DNA of 64,000 nucleotides from Solirubrobacteraceae bacterium (GCA_035551795.1 DASZMP010000088.1:350-64349), one strand, 5' to 3'. Counted from the stretch's first letter, positions 1-13,688 are shown. The notes: generated by a model from the letters alone, not told the origin. A program made the numbers and translations.

Positions 1-50
1 CTATGTCGCGACGCGGCTGGGAGCGTCTCGCGGCGCCACTAACGTTGAGG

Positions 51-2261
51 ATGATGCGGCTCGTGCCTGAGGAAGCCAACGTGCAGCTGCGCGGGGACGC
101 CGAGGGCGATCGTGCGGTGGTCCTGGCCTTCCCCTATGACGGGCACCTGGTGGCGGCGGTCCGGACCCTGCCGGGACGCAGATTCGATTGGGATCAGCGC
201 GAGTGGTTGGCCCCCGCCGACGATTGGGTGGCCATCAAGCTGCGCGAGATACTCGAGCACTACCCGGAGCTCACCACCAGCCCCGAGGTGGACGAGTGGC
301 TGAGGGGCGCGGCCAACCGGTGGGTGGGATACGTGCGCACCACCCGCTACGCGGGCCGCGGCTGGTGGTCGCTGCGCACCCTGTTCGGCAAGCCGCCCGA
401 GGCACTGCTCGCCACCGGCGCCGTCACCGACGGCGACCAAACGCTCGTCCCGCTGATGGGGGACGCCGCCAAGCATCTGGAGGCGCTCGGATCGGCCCGC
501 TTCAGCCCGGGCGCCGTTCGATGCCTGGAGCTGGTCGATCGTGGCGAGGATCCGCCGCCGGCGCGGCTGATCCTGGCGCGTGGCGTGGCCGGCACCCGCT
601 TCTCGCTGGAGGTCCTGTGGGACCCCGAGGTGGCCGTGGCCTTCGAACAGCTGCCGGGCGCCAGCCGCAACGAGCTCAGGCTGGACCCGTGGATCGCCGA
701 TCAGCTGGATGCCTTCGTGGTCCGCCACGAGGTCCAGGTGACGCCCGCTGCCGCCGAGGCCCTGTCCGAGCTCGTGGCCGAGCATCGCGAATCGCTCCGG
801 GCCGTGGCGGCGTCCCGGGCAACGCGCGCCGAGCCGATTGGCAATGTGCCGGAGGCACTGGGGGGCCAGCTGGCTCCGTTCCAGTGGGCGGCGGTCCGGT
901 ATGCCCTGAAGGCGCGGCGATGCTTCCTGGCCGACGAGCAGGGGCTCGGCAAGACGGTGGAGGCGCTGGCCACCCTGGAGGCCGACGATGCGTTCCCCGC
1001 CGTCGTCGTGTGCCCCGCCTCGATGAAGCTCGGCTGGGAGCGCGAGGCCAGGCACTGGCTGCCCCACCGCAGCGTGACCGTGGTCAGCGGCCGCGGCGGC
1101 CGGGTGCCGGCACGAACCGATATCACGATCCTCAACTATGAGATCGTCGCCGCCCACCTGGAGATCCTCCGGCTGCGCCGGCCGCGCGCCCTGGTCGCCG
1201 ACGAGTCGCACTACTGCAAGAACCCGCACGCCAAGCGGACCAAGGCCGTGCGCCGGCTGGCCGAGGCGGTGGACACCGGCGGCCTGCGGCTCGCCCTGAG
1301 CGGCACGCCCGTGCTCAACCATGCCGATGAGCTGATCGCCCAGCTGAGGGTGATCGGACGGCTGGAGGATTTCGGTTCCGGAGCCAGCTTCACGCGCCAG
1401 TTCGAGGGTGAGCTGAGCGAGGAGCGATTGCACTGGCACCTGCGCCGGCACTGCTTCGTGCGGAGGCTCAAGTCCGAGGTCCTCCCCCAGCTGCCGGCCA
1501 AACGCCAGGTGGTGATTCCCGTGGGCCTGAACAACGAGCCGGAATACCGGCTGGCCGAGGACAACGTGATCGAGTGGCTGCGCAGCCAGCCGCTGGATCT
1601 CGCCGTCCTGGACGCCAAGATCGCCGCCACGCTGCGGGCCGAGCGCCTGGCGCAGCTGACCGCGCTGCAGCGCCTGGCCGCGCGAGGCAAGCTCGCCGCC
1701 GCCCTCACCTGGATCCACGACTTTCTGGCCTCCGGCGAGGCCCTCGTCGTGTTCGCCCGCCACATCGAGGTGCAGAAGGCCGTGCTCGAGCGTTTCCCGG
1801 ACGCGCTGCACCTGCTGGGGCAAGACTCGATCGGCGCGCGTGAGCGGTCGATCCAGGCCTTCCAGAGGCCGGACGGGCCAGCCCTGATCGTGTGCGCCAC
1901 GCGGGTGGCAGGCCAGGGAATCACGCTGACCCGCGCTTCCAACGCGTGCTTCCTGGAGCTGGAGTGGACCCCGGCGCTGCACGATCAGGCCGAGGATCGC
2001 TGCCACCGGATCGGCCAGCGTGACGCGGTGACGGCCTGGTATCTGCTGGCCGCCGAGACGATCGACGAGACGATGGCGCGGCTGATCCAGCGCAAGCGCC
2101 AGGTGGTCGACGCGGTCACCGACGGTCGCGAGGTGCCCGACGCGGGGCTCGTGGAGGGCGTCGTCAAGGAGCTGCGCGAGGGCCGTCCGTTCCGGCACCT
2201 GCACGCGGTCGCCGGCGACCGGGAGGCGGACGCCATCCGGGCCGGGGAGGCGGTGGGTTGA
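51..2261 (+). CDS. SNF2-family helicase/ATPase with N-terminal HARP-like domain (SMARCAL1-like)
   Basis: Motifs LADEQGLGKT, VADESH, LSGTP, QAEDRCHRIGQ. N-terminal FPYDxxLVAAVRTLPGRRFD resembles a HARP domain. Start set at ATG 51 because TAACGT (40-45) looks like a leaderless -10; the ORF is open from 3. Confidence 0.85.
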   Translation: MMRLVPEEANVQLRGDAEGDRAVVLAFPYDGHLVAAVRTLPGRRFDWDQREWLAPADDWVAIKLREILEHYPELTTSPEVDEWLRGAANRWVGYVRTTRYAGRGWWSLRTLFGKPPEALLATGAVTDGDQTLVPLMGDAAKHLEALGSARFSPGAVRCLELVDRGEDPPPARLILARGVAGTRFSLEVLWDPEVAVAFEQLPGASRNELRLDPWIADQLDAFVVRHEVQVTPAAAEALSELVAEHRESLRAVAASRATRAEPIGNVPEALGGQLAPFQWAAVRYALKARRCFLADEQGLGKTVEALATLEADDAFPAVVVCPASMKLGWEREARHWLPHRSVTVVSGRGGRVPARTDITILNYEIVAAHLEILRLRRPRALVADESHYCKNPHAKRTKAVRRLAEAVDTGGLRLALSGTPVLNHADELIAQLRVIGRLEDFGSGASFTRQFEGELSEERLHWHLRRHCFVRRLKSEVLPQLPAKRQVVIPVGLNNEPEYRLAEDNVIEWLRSQPLDLAVLDAKIAATLRAERLAQLTALQRLAARGKLAAALTWIHDFLASGEALVVFARHIEVQKAVLERFPDALHLLGQDSIGARERSIQAFQRPDGPALIVCATRVAGQGITLTRASNACFLELEWTPALHDQAEDRCHRIGQRDAVTAWYLLAAETIDETMARLIQRKRQVVDAVTDGREVPDAGLVEGVVKELREGRPFRHLHAVAGDREADAIRAGEAVG

Positions 2262-2312
2262 ACGTGATCCGCAGACAGGTCAACTGCGTAGACCTGGGCA
2301 GCGACCCCCAGG

Positions 2313-3119
2313 ATGGCCGGCTACTTCACTGACGATTCGATGGTCCGCCGCGTCCACCGCGAGCTGGTGGTGGCGCTCAACGGACCGCGGGCGCTGCTGA
2401 TGCAGGCCGCCCATCCCGTCGCCTTCGCCGGATTCTTCATGTCCACCGGCGCGCTCGACGATCCCTACCCCCGGCTCAGGCGGACGGCCGATGTCCTGAA
2501 CATGGCCGTGTACGGCGAGCGCGAGGAGGCCGACGCCGCCACGTCTCGGGTGCGCCGGGTGCACAGCCGGGTCCGGGGCACCCTGCCTGAGGCGGTCGGC
2601 CGTTTCCCCGCGGGAACGCCGTGGTCGGCGGACGATCCCGACCTGCTGCTGTGGATCATCGCCACGCTGGCCGATTCCGGATCGCTGGTCTACGAGCGCT
2701 ACGTGGCGCCGCTCAGCCGGGCCGACCGAGACGCCTACTGGGACGACTGGCGGCTGATTGGTTCCCTGTTCGGCCTGAAGGAGTCCGAGATGCCGTCCAG
2801 CAGCCCGGACCTCGCGCTCTACATGCGCGAGATGCTCGCGGGCGACCTCCTGCACGTCTCAGACCAGGCTCGCGAGCTGGGCATCAAGATCGTCATGCGG
2901 CCCCGGGTCCCCCTGCGCGCCCGGCCCCTGCTGGAGCTGGCCAACTTCATCACCGTCGGGCTGTTGCCCGGGTCGATCCGCCGGCAGTATGGGTTCGGGT
3001 GGGATCCGGTGCGGTCGCTGACCCTGCGCGTCGGCCAGGAGTACACCCGCCGGCTGGTCGTGCCCGCGCTTCCGCGCCGGATGCGCTACCGCCCGGTCGC
3101 CCGGGCTGCGGCGGCTTGA
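2313..3119 (+). CDS. Oxygenase MpaB / DUF2236 family protein
   Basis: GPRALLMQAAHP, RLRRT, VRRVHSRVRG and WSADDPDLLLW pattern typical of DUF2236. Confidence 0.8.
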   Translation: MAGYFTDDSMVRRVHRELVVALNGPRALLMQAAHPVAFAGFFMSTGALDDPYPRLRRTADVLNMAVYGEREEADAATSRVRRVHSRVRGTLPEAVGRFPAGTPWSADDPDLLLWIIATLADSGSLVYERYVAPLSRADRDAYWDDWRLIGSLFGLKESEMPSSSPDLALYMREMLAGDLLHVSDQARELGIKIVMRPRVPLRARPLLELANFITVGLLPGSIRRQYGFGWDPVRSLTLRVGQEYTRRLVVPALPRRMRYRPVARAAAA

Positions 3120-3132
3120 TAGAAGACCGGCC

Positions 3133-4080
3133 ATGAGCGCCGAGGCCGTCGAGATCGAGGTGAGCGGCCGGACGGTCCGGATCTCCAATCCCGATCGGGT
3201 CTACTTCTCGGCCCGCAACGAGACCAAGCTCGACCTGGTCGACTACTACATGAGCGTGGGCGACGGCATCGTCCGGGCGCTGCGCGAGCGGCCGTGCATG
3301 CTGCATCGCTTCCCCACTGGAACTGACGGGGAGAAGGTCCATCAGAAGCGCATTCCCAAGGGCGCTCCCGAGTGGCTGGAGACCGTGCAGGTGTACTTCC
3401 CGCGCTTCGGGCGCACGGCTGACGAGCTGTGCGTGACCGAGCTGGCCAGCGTCGTCTGGGCCGTGCAGATGTCCACCGTGGAGTTTCATCCCTGGAACTC
3501 CCGGCGCGCCGATGTGGAGTGCCCGGACGAGTGGCGGATCGACATCGACCCCATGCCCGACTGTCCGTTTGACCGCGTCCGGCGGGTGGCCGGCGTGGCC
3601 CACGAGGTGCTGGACGAGCTGGGCGCCTCCGGCTGGCCCAAGACCTCAGGCGGGCACGGGATCCACATCTACGTCCGGATCGCGCCCACGCATGGGTTCG
3701 GCGAGCTGCGCCGAGCCGCACTGGCCTTCGCCCGCGAGGTGGAGCGGCGGGCGCCGGATGACGTCACGACCACCTGGTGGCGGAAGGACCGGGATCCCAC
3801 CAAGGTGTTCGTCGACTACAACCAGAATGCCCGCGACCACACGATCGCCAGCGCGTACTCGGTGCGCGGCGTGCCGGAGGCCCGCGTATCCACGCCGATC
3901 CGCTGGAACGAGGTCGACGACGTCGAGCCGGCCGAGCTGACGATCGCCACCGTGCCCGCCCGCTTCTCGCGTCTGGGCGATCTGCACGCGGAGATCGACG
4001 ACCACGTCTTCCAGATCGATCCGCTGCTCGAGTGGGCCGACCGCGACGAGCTGCCTCACGACGACGCCCCGCCGGTTTAA
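3133..4080 (+). CDS. Stand-alone LigD-type primase-polymerase domain protein (Prim-PolC-like)
   Basis: ISNPDRVYF, TKLDLVDYY, RIDIDP, PKTSGGHGIHIY, VFVDYNQNARDHTIASAYSVR. Confidence 0.9.
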   Translation: MSAEAVEIEVSGRTVRISNPDRVYFSARNETKLDLVDYYMSVGDGIVRALRERPCMLHRFPTGTDGEKVHQKRIPKGAPEWLETVQVYFPRFGRTADELCVTELASVVWAVQMSTVEFHPWNSRRADVECPDEWRIDIDPMPDCPFDRVRRVAGVAHEVLDELGASGWPKTSGGHGIHIYVRIAPTHGFGELRRAALAFAREVERRAPDDVTTTWWRKDRDPTKVFVDYNQNARDHTIASAYSVRGVPEARVSTPIRWNEVDDVEPAELTIATVPARFSRLGDLHAEIDDHVFQIDPLLEWADRDELPHDDAPPV

Positions 4081-4089
4081 TCTCCCGGC

Positions 4090-4800
4090 ATGGCTACCGA
4101 TCCGGCCGCTGCCCGCCGTCCCGTGGTGACCATCTCCGCCCCGTACGGCACGGGCGGCAGCGTGATTGGCCCGCGCCTGGCCGAGCGCCTGGAGGTCCCG
4201 TTCGTCGACCGGGCGATCCCGGTCAGCGTGTCCCGGCGCCTCGACATTCCAGTCGAGGATGCGGTCGGCCACGAGGAGTCCCCTCAGGACCGGCTGACGC
4301 GCTGGGCCGCCTACTTCGCTCCGGCCGTCCAGCTGTTCGGCGGGATGGCGATCGGCGAGCAGGCCCTGCACCCTGACCAGGCGTTTCGGGACGCCACCGA
4401 GGAGGCGCTACGCGAGCACGCCGCCGCGGGCGCGGTGATCCTCGGCCGGGCCGGCGCGATCGTTCTGCGTGACGTTCCCGGCGCGCTCCATGTCCGCCTC
4501 AGCGGCACGCGTGACCGGCGGCTGCAGATCGCCATGCAGCTCCTGGGCTCGGACCGCGAGACCGCCGAGCGAGAGATGCATGCCTCCGATCTGGCCCGCG
4601 AGACCTACGTCAAGGACTGGTACCGCGCCGACCCGGCTGACCCGACGCTGTACCACCTGGTCATCGACTCGACCCGGCTGCCGATGGGCTGCTGCCTGGA
4701 GCTGATCCTGACGGCGATTTCAAGCGCCGCGCGGGCTACCAGCGGCCCCGGTGGACCACCTCGTCAAACGGGCGGCGATCCGGGTTCCGGATCGGCTTGA
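4090..4800 (+). CDS. Cytidylate kinase-like family protein
   Basis: VVTISAPYGTGG P-loop variant, AVILGRAG, LHVRL, YHLVIDS. Leaderless TAATCT 6 nt before the ATG. The 3' end overlaps the convergent nitroreductase. Confidence 0.8.
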   Translation: MATDPAAARRPVVTISAPYGTGGSVIGPRLAERLEVPFVDRAIPVSVSRRLDIPVEDAVGHEESPQDRLTRWAAYFAPAVQLFGGMAIGEQALHPDQAFRDATEEALREHAAAGAVILGRAGAIVLRDVPGALHVRLSGTRDRRLQIAMQLLGSDRETAEREMHASDLARETYVKDWYRADPADPTLYHLVIDSTRLPMGCCLELILTAISSAARATSGPGGPPRQTGGDPGSGSA

Positions 4801-5251
4801 GCGGTCGATCGGCCGGATAGCCGAAATCGAGCAGATAGGCAGCGCGCTTGCCGTCGGGCAGCCCCAGGACCTGCCGGGCCAGGTCCTGATCACCGACCGC
4901 TGAGTGGCCGGTGCCCACGCCGGCGTCGGCAGCCGTGACCATCATCGCCATGGACGCCTGGCCGAGGTCGTACTGCTGGATCTCACGCTCGCGCCGGTCA
5001 TCGCTGTCGTCCACCACCAGCGCCACGGTCGCCGCCGAGTCGGCCACGTGCGCCCCACCGCGCCAGACCTTCGACAGCTCGCGCAGCTGCTCGCGGTCGG
5101 TGACCACCACGAAATCCCACGGCTGCCAGTTGCGCGAGGACGGCGACCGGCGGCCGGCCTCCAGGATCCGCTCCAGGTCTTCACCCGGCAGCGAGCGTTC
5201 GGCGAACTTCCGGACGTTGCGGCGGGAGGTGATGGCGTCCCAGGTCTCCAT
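4736..5251 (-). CDS. Nitroreductase family protein
   Basis: RRNVRKF, LEAGRRSPSSRNWQPWDFVVV, FGYPA. Confidence 0.9.
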   Translation of the reverse strand: METWDAITSRRNVRKFAERSLPGEDLERILEAGRRSPSSRNWQPWDFVVVTDREQLRELSKVWRGGAHVADSAATVALVVDDSDDRREREIQQYDLGQASMAMMVTAADAGVGTGHSAVGDQDLARQVLGLPDGKRAAYLLDFGYPADRPLKPIRNPDRRPFDEVVHRGRW

Positions 5252-5267
5252 GGTCTCCAGCTCCTAA

Positions 5268-5300
5268 CTGTCGATGGCCTGTCGATGGCCTATTGATGGC
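5268..5300. repeat. Three tandem 11-bp direct repeats
   Basis: CTGTCGATGGC-CTGTCGATGGC-CTATTGATGGC. The third copy overlaps the stop codon of the AKR remnant. Confidence 0.7.
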
Positions 5301-5472
5301 CGGCGATCGGGTGCGGCACGTCGAGTCTTCCAGCAGGGCGATCTCCTCGGAGCTGAGTGACAGCCGCTCCGCCGCCAGTGCGTCCTCCAGATGCTCGAGC
5401 TCGGTCGCCCCGACGATCGGTGCCGTCACGCCAGACGCGCAGTCCTGCACGGCCGAGGTTCGCGTATTCCAC
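5290..5472 (-). pseudogene. Aldo/keto reductase remnant (large internal deletion plus frameshifts)
   Basis: The AKR N-terminus MEYANLGRAGLRV joins directly, in another frame, to the AKR C-terminus GVTAPIVGATELEHLEDALAA...EEIALLE, then VPHPIAGHQ*. The catalytic core is absent. Confidence 0.8.
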
Positions 5473-5522
5473 CCGTCTGCTCCTTGTCGCGGGGTCGGCT
5501 ACCTAGAAAGGGGTAGCACCTC

Positions 5523-6311
5523 ATCGTTCTGAAGCTCCTGTGCTGGAACGTCCAGGGACGGGTGAGGCGCCAGCCGGATCAGGTGGCGCGAGTTGCCGAG
5601 CTGCGACCCGAAGTCGTATGCCTCCAGGAGGTCACCCCCACCACGCTACCCAGCTGGATCGCCGGGCTGAGTCAGATCGGTCTGCAGCACGCGCTGGCGG
5701 GAGACCCGTCCACCGCACAGGCGCAGGGACGATCCCGGCCGTTGCTGGTCCTGACAGCGGCCGTGATGCCGCTGTCAGGACAGGAGGTACCCGGGGCGCC
5801 GTGGCCGGAGCGAGTGGCGGCCGCCCGGACCGAGACCGGTGTGCAGATCGTCAACGTCCACTCCCCCATCTCTCCGAAGCCCGACCTGGTCAAGGTCCGA
5901 ACGCATGAGGCGGTTCACGCCTATGTGAGCCAGGCTCGACCACCGGTCCTGCTGTGCGGAGACCTCAACACGCCCCGCAAGGAGCACCCGGACGGCCGCG
6001 TGTGGACGTTCGCCCGGACTCAGCACGGCAAGCTCCGTCCGGATCGGGGCGAGCGATGGGATAGGGCGGAGCTGGCGCTGATCAAGGGACTGGAGCCGTT
6101 CGGCTTCCGGGATGCCTTCCGCGAACTGCACGGGCTGGATGTCCGGGAGTACAGCTGGGAATGGCCCCGCTGGGGCGGCGGCTACCGGCTCGACCACCTG
6201 ATCGTCTCCGGGGACGTGCGGGCGCCCCGGGTCGAATACCTGCACGAATGGCGGCGCGGCGGCCTATCGGATCACTCGCCCCTCGTGGCCGATATCCGGT
6301 TCAACGTTTGA
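5523..6311 (+). CDS. Endonuclease/exonuclease/phosphatase (EEP) family protein
   Basis: LKLLCWNV, VVCLQEV, LLCGDLN, RLDHL, SDHSP. The WNV motif lies upstream of the first GTG (5562) and just after an in-frame TAG (5514), so a non-canonical start (ATC 5523 or CTG 5529) is inferred. Confidence 0.8.
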   Translation: MVLKLLCWNVQGRVRRQPDQVARVAELRPEVVCLQEVTPTTLPSWIAGLSQIGLQHALAGDPSTAQAQGRSRPLLVLTAAVMPLSGQEVPGAPWPERVAAARTETGVQIVNVHSPISPKPDLVKVRTHEAVHAYVSQARPPVLLCGDLNTPRKEHPDGRVWTFARTQHGKLRPDRGERWDRAELALIKGLEPFGFRDAFRELHGLDVREYSWEWPRWGGGYRLDHLIVSGDVRAPRVEYLHEWRRGGLSDHSPLVADIRFNV

Positions 6312-6341
6312 ACTGGTCCGATGCGCGGCTAGGCTCCCTGC

Positions 6342-6710
6342 ATGCCAACCGAGCCCACCCCCATCACCCTGTCCGAAATCGTCCGCCGCGCCAGCGAGAT
6401 CGTCGATCCTGACGACACCGATCCGGTCGTGGGGGAGTTCGAGCGGATCTTCGAGGATGCCGATGAGCCTGTCAGCGCCCTCGACGACCTGGAGAGCCGG
6501 GTGGGAAACGTGCTTCAGACGCTCGACCCGGCGGTGGCCAGCGGCACCCTGTCGGTGATGGGTGCTGTGACCACCTACCTGGCCTATCGGCGAGACGAGG
6601 TGGGCGCCGACGATGCCACCGTCCTGCGCCTCGCCGCGCGGGCCGAGTGGTCCGGCGAGCCGCCTGAGGTGGTCAGGGACTGGCTGGAGGAGCGGGGGAT
6701 CAAGTACTGA
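6342..6710 (+). CDS. Hypothetical protein
   Basis: 122-aa acidic ORF with typical GC-rich third positions. Leaderless TAGGCT 6 nt before the ATG. Confidence 0.7.
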   Translation: MPTEPTPITLSEIVRRASEIVDPDDTDPVVGEFERIFEDADEPVSALDDLESRVGNVLQTLDPAVASGTLSVMGAVTTYLAYRRDEVGADDATVLRLAARAEWSGEPPEVVRDWLEERGIKY

Positions 6711-6778
6711 AACGCGGGGAGGGGCCGGCCACCGCGGCCCCGAGGCTCACCATCGCGCGATGGCACTGCCTGTAACGG

Positions 6779-6808
6779 GAGGGTGTGCGCGCGGGCGCGC
6801 ACACCCTC
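6779..6808. terminator. GC-rich hairpin between convergent genes
   Basis: GAGGGTGTGCGCGC-GG-GCGCGCACACCCTC inverted repeat. Confidence 0.55.
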
Positions 6809-6859
6809 GCCGGCCTGCTCGATCCGCGGCGCGAGGAGCTGAGATAGCGGTGTTCAGGA

Positions 6860-10576
<3,717 letters not shown>

Positions 10577-10617
10577 AGCCCGCCAAGGCTACCCCGCGGC
10601 TGGGACGGCAGCCCGAG

Positions 10618-11547
10618 TCAGCGCCAGGAAACTGAGATGGTGAACCGCGCCGTGAACGTCTGGGCAGGTTCGAGAAGCCTCAGCCCTCCGCCGGTCCGCA
10701 GCGCGTTGACCGCCGCCGTCATCGGCTCGAAGGCGATGAAGCTCGACCCCTCCGGCGCGTACACCTGGGCGAACGGATAGCCCTCGTCGTAGCGCAACGC
10801 GATCCGGCGCCTGGCGTCGGCCAGCGAGAACACCGGGGGCTCGCCCGACAGCTCGTCGAAGCTGTCATCGAACGTCCGGACCCCGAGAACTCCGGATAGC
10901 GCCCCCGGCCTCAGCTCCACGTGCTCGCCAGAGGGAATGCCGTGGTCGTCGAGGACGGCCTGCCGCCGGACCGGGAGGCCCAATTCCCAATCCTCCCGCC
11001 GTGCCCCGGGCAGCGTCAGGTACGGATGAAAGCCGAACGAGATCGGCACCCGGTCCTGTCCCGTGGCGGTCACGTCGAGGCGCACCGTCAGCTCCTCGTC
11101 GTTCACTGAGGCGCGGAAGCCCAGACGATGCGCGAACGGGAAGACGCTCATCAGCTCCGGATGAGCGGCGTAGTCCAGGGTCGCCTCCACACCCTCACAA
11201 CCGCCGCTGCCCACGCCGCCGAGCTCCCAGTACGGCGTGGCCGCCAGCGCACCGTGGATCGGCAATCCCGTGTCCGGATCCGCCTTCAGGACAGTCGAGC
11301 TTCGATCCAGGTCCACGTGCCGGCCCTGGTCGTACTCCCAATCGCTCAGCCGGTTGGCCCATGGATACAGGAGCGGGATCCCGAAGGTCGACTTGCGCTG
11401 CGCATAGGCCTCCGGGCCGCCCCGCTGGCCGAGCAGCTCCTCCCCGTGGTGGCGAAGCGAGCTGCCGACCATGCCGAGCCCGGGCAGGAACTCGGCCTCG
11501 AGAGCGCCATCCGGGCTGCGCAGCCGCACCGGCGGCGCAGTGCTCAC
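10618..11547 (-). CDS. Aldose 1-epimerase family protein
   Basis: [34 protein letters not shown]. The GTG start overlaps the AKR stop. Confidence 0.85.
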   Translation of the reverse strand: MSTAPPVRLRSPDGALEAEFLPGLGMVGSSLRHHGEELLGQRGGPEAYAQRKSTFGIPLLYPWANRLSDWEYDQGRHVDLDRSSTVLKADPDTGLPIHGALAATPYWELGGVGSGGCEGVEATLDYAAHPELMSVFPFAHRLGFRASVNDEELTVRLDVTATGQDRVPISFGFHPYLTLPGARREDWELGLPVRRQAVLDDHGIPSGEHVELRPGALSGVLGVRTFDDSFDELSGEPPVFSLADARRRIALRYDEGYPFAQVYAPEGSSFIAFEPMTAAVNALRTGGGLRLLEPAQTFTARFTISVSWR

Positions 11548-12404
11548 GCCGCCTGTCCCAGCGATTCGAATTCCTCGTCTGACAGTTCCATCTGCGCCGC
11601 GGCCAGATTCTCCTCCAGGTGCGCGACCGAGGAGGTGCCCGGGATCGGCAGCATCACCGGGGATCGCCTGAGCAGCCAGGCCAGCGCCAGCTGGGAGGGC
11701 CGGGAGCCATGGGCGGAGGCGATCCGATCGAGCGGCCCGCCCGGATTGGCCAGCTTCCCGGTGGCCAGCGGGAACCATGGGATGAAGCCGAGGTCGTGCT
11801 CCTCGCAGTAGTCCAGGACGTCCTCGGATTGACGGTTGGTCACGTTGTACAGGTTCTGCACCGTGGCGATGGGAGCGAGCTCCTGGGCCTGCCGCAGCTC
11901 GTCCAGGCTCACCTCGGACAGACCGATGTGGCGGATCAGGCCCTCCTCTCGCAGTGCCACGAGCTCGCCGAGCTGATCCTCGAGCGGCACCTGGGGATCA
12001 ATGCGGTGGAGTTGGTAGAGCTCGATCCGCTCCAGCCCCAGATGACGCAGGCTCAGCAGGCACTGCTGGCGGAGGTATTCCGGACGACCCAGCGGCTTCC
12101 ACACTCCCGGGCCGTGACGTGTGAACCCGCCCTTGGTCGCGATCACCAGGTTCCCCGGGTACGGATGCAGAGCTCGCCGGATCAGCTGCTCGGAGACGAA
12201 CGGGCCGTAGGAGTCGGCGGTGTCGATGAAGTCGACGCCGAGCTCGACCGCGCGCTTCAGGACGCGTACGGCCTCATCCGGGTTTCGGGGGTCACCCCAC
12301 ACCCCCTGGCCGGTCAGCTGCATGGCTCCGAAGCCGAGCCGGTTGATCCTGGTTTCCCCGCCTATCTCGAAGGTTCCGGAGGCGGATACGAGGGTTTCGG
12401 GCAT
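11544..12404 (-). CDS. Aldo/keto reductase
   Basis: [39 protein letters not shown]. Confidence 0.9.
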   Translation of the reverse strand: MPETLVSASGTFEIGGETRINRLGFGAMQLTGQGVWGDPRNPDEAVRVLKRAVELGVDFIDTADSYGPFVSEQLIRRALHPYPGNLVIATKGGFTRHGPGVWKPLGRPEYLRQQCLLSLRHLGLERIELYQLHRIDPQVPLEDQLGELVALREEGLIRHIGLSEVSLDELRQAQELAPIATVQNLYNVTNRQSEDVLDYCEEHDLGFIPWFPLATGKLANPGGPLDRIASAHGSRPSQLALAWLLRRSPVMLPIPGTSSVAHLEENLAAAQMELSDEEFESLGQAA

Positions 12405-12561
12405 CGGGAGTCCTTTCGTGTTCAGCGTCAGAGGTCAACCCTTAAGCCTTCCCCCGGACCCGAGAGCTAATCGGACAGGTCATCCAGTGAACGCGGACGA
12501 ATACTCAACGCCTCGTCGGGTAGGCCAAGAACAACGAGAACCTGAAAAAGGAGATCTGCAG

Positions 12562-13071
12562 TTGTCTGACCGAACGAGTACCGAACGCACCACCGGCGGC
12601 CTTGTGGGCAAGGTGGCCGGGAAGCTGAAAGAGATGGCTGGGGGGGCCGCCGGCCGGGAGGATCTCGCCCGGGAGGGCCGTCTCCAGAACGCCCAGGCCG
12701 ACGCCGAGGCCGAGGCCCGCGCCCAGCGGGTCGAGGCGCGGGATCGCGAGCAGGAGGCCCAGCTGCGCGAGGAGCACCATCGGACCGAGGTCGAGCGCGA
12801 GCGGCTGGAGAATCAGGTGGCCGGGCAGGAGCGTGAGGACGCCGCCGAGGCCGACCGGCACCAGCAGGAGGCCGACGTCCGGGCCCAGGCGGCGCGGCAG
12901 AAGGTCGCCGCTGAGCAGCAACGCGAGCAGGAGCACGCCGCGGCGCAGCGCGCCGAGCGAGGCGGAGAGCACGCCCGGCTGGCCGCCACCGAGCAGGCCA
13001 TCGAACTGGAGCGCGCAGCCCATGAGGCCGAAACGCGCGCAAACAAGATCGAGCGAGAGGAGACACGATGA
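12562..13071 (+). CDS. CsbD-like N-terminus plus charged coiled-coil protein
   Basis: AAGGAG RBS and TTG at 12562. GKVAGKLKEMAGGAAGREDLAREG resembles CsbD, followed by an E/Q/R/A-rich helix. Confidence 0.65.
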   Translation: MSDRTSTERTTGGLVGKVAGKLKEMAGGAAGREDLAREGRLQNAQADAEAEARAQRVEARDREQEAQLREEHHRTEVERERLENQVAGQEREDAAEADRHQQEADVRAQAARQKVAAEQQREQEHAAAQRAERGGEHARLAATEQAIELERAAHEAETRANKIEREETR

Positions 13072-13688
13072 TGATCCGGACCGTTCCCCGAGCTGCCATC
13101 AAGACCTCGCTCCGTCTGGCGCGCACACCGCTGGACGCCGCCAGCCTGCTGCTCCCCGGCAATGGGGCGGGTGCGCGAAACGCGGCGCGACTGACCATCG
13201 ATCGTGTGGACGCGGCGGCCCTCAGGCTGGCCGGCCAGCTGACGCTGGATCCGGGTCTGATCGAGGATGCGCGCCGCCGGCACGAGGCGCTCGAGGACCG
13301 CAAGAAAGCGGCGCGGCTCCGCACGGAGGCTGGGCGCCGGGAGTCCGAGGGCGCGACCCGGCTCGAGGAGCAGCGCGAGCAGGCCGACCGCCAGAAGGCC
13401 CGCGCCGAGAAGCGGGCCCAGGAGCGCCGCCAACAGGCGTCGCGCGAGCGCCGTGAGCGCGAGAAGCAGGCCGCCGATGTTGAGCGGCGGCGCAAGGAGA
13501 GCAGCCAGCACGCCGAGGCCCAGCGTGAGCAGCAGATCGCCGAGGAGGAGCCGAGGGAGCGCCTGGCGGTTCTGGAAGCCCAGGCTGAGGCTCAACAAGA
13601 GCGTGAGGTTGCCCTGACCGAACAGGACGAAGCCCGGCGTTTGGCCGGTGCGGCCTCGCGGGCCAAGGAGGACCGCAAGGAGGACTGA
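13068..13688 (+). CDS. Charged coiled-coil hypothetical protein (partner of the CsbD-like gene)
   Basis: ATGA overlap with the upstream gene, GAGGAG RBS, E/R/Q/A-rich sequence. Confidence 0.7.
   Translation: MMIRTVPRAAIKTSLRLARTPLDAASLLLPGNGAGARNAARLTIDRVDAAALRLAGQLTLDPGLIEDARRRHEALEDRKKAARLRTEAGRRESEGATRLEEQREQADRQKARAEKRAQERRQQASRERREREKQAADVERRRKESSQHAEAQREQQIAEEEPRERLAVLEAQAEAQQEREVALTEQDEARRLAGAASRAKEDRKED

Noticed and set aside
39..2204. 721-aa antisense ORF, and similar long antisense ORFs such as 56640-59093, 8675-10300 and 26062-27522
   Set aside because: Shadow ORFs opposite clear genes in high-GC DNA; no recognisable motifs.
4736..4800. Functional overlap of the cytidylate kinase-like and nitroreductase 3' ends
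   Set aside because: The overlapping tail is low-complexity run-on sequence, common for convergent genes in GC-rich genomes.
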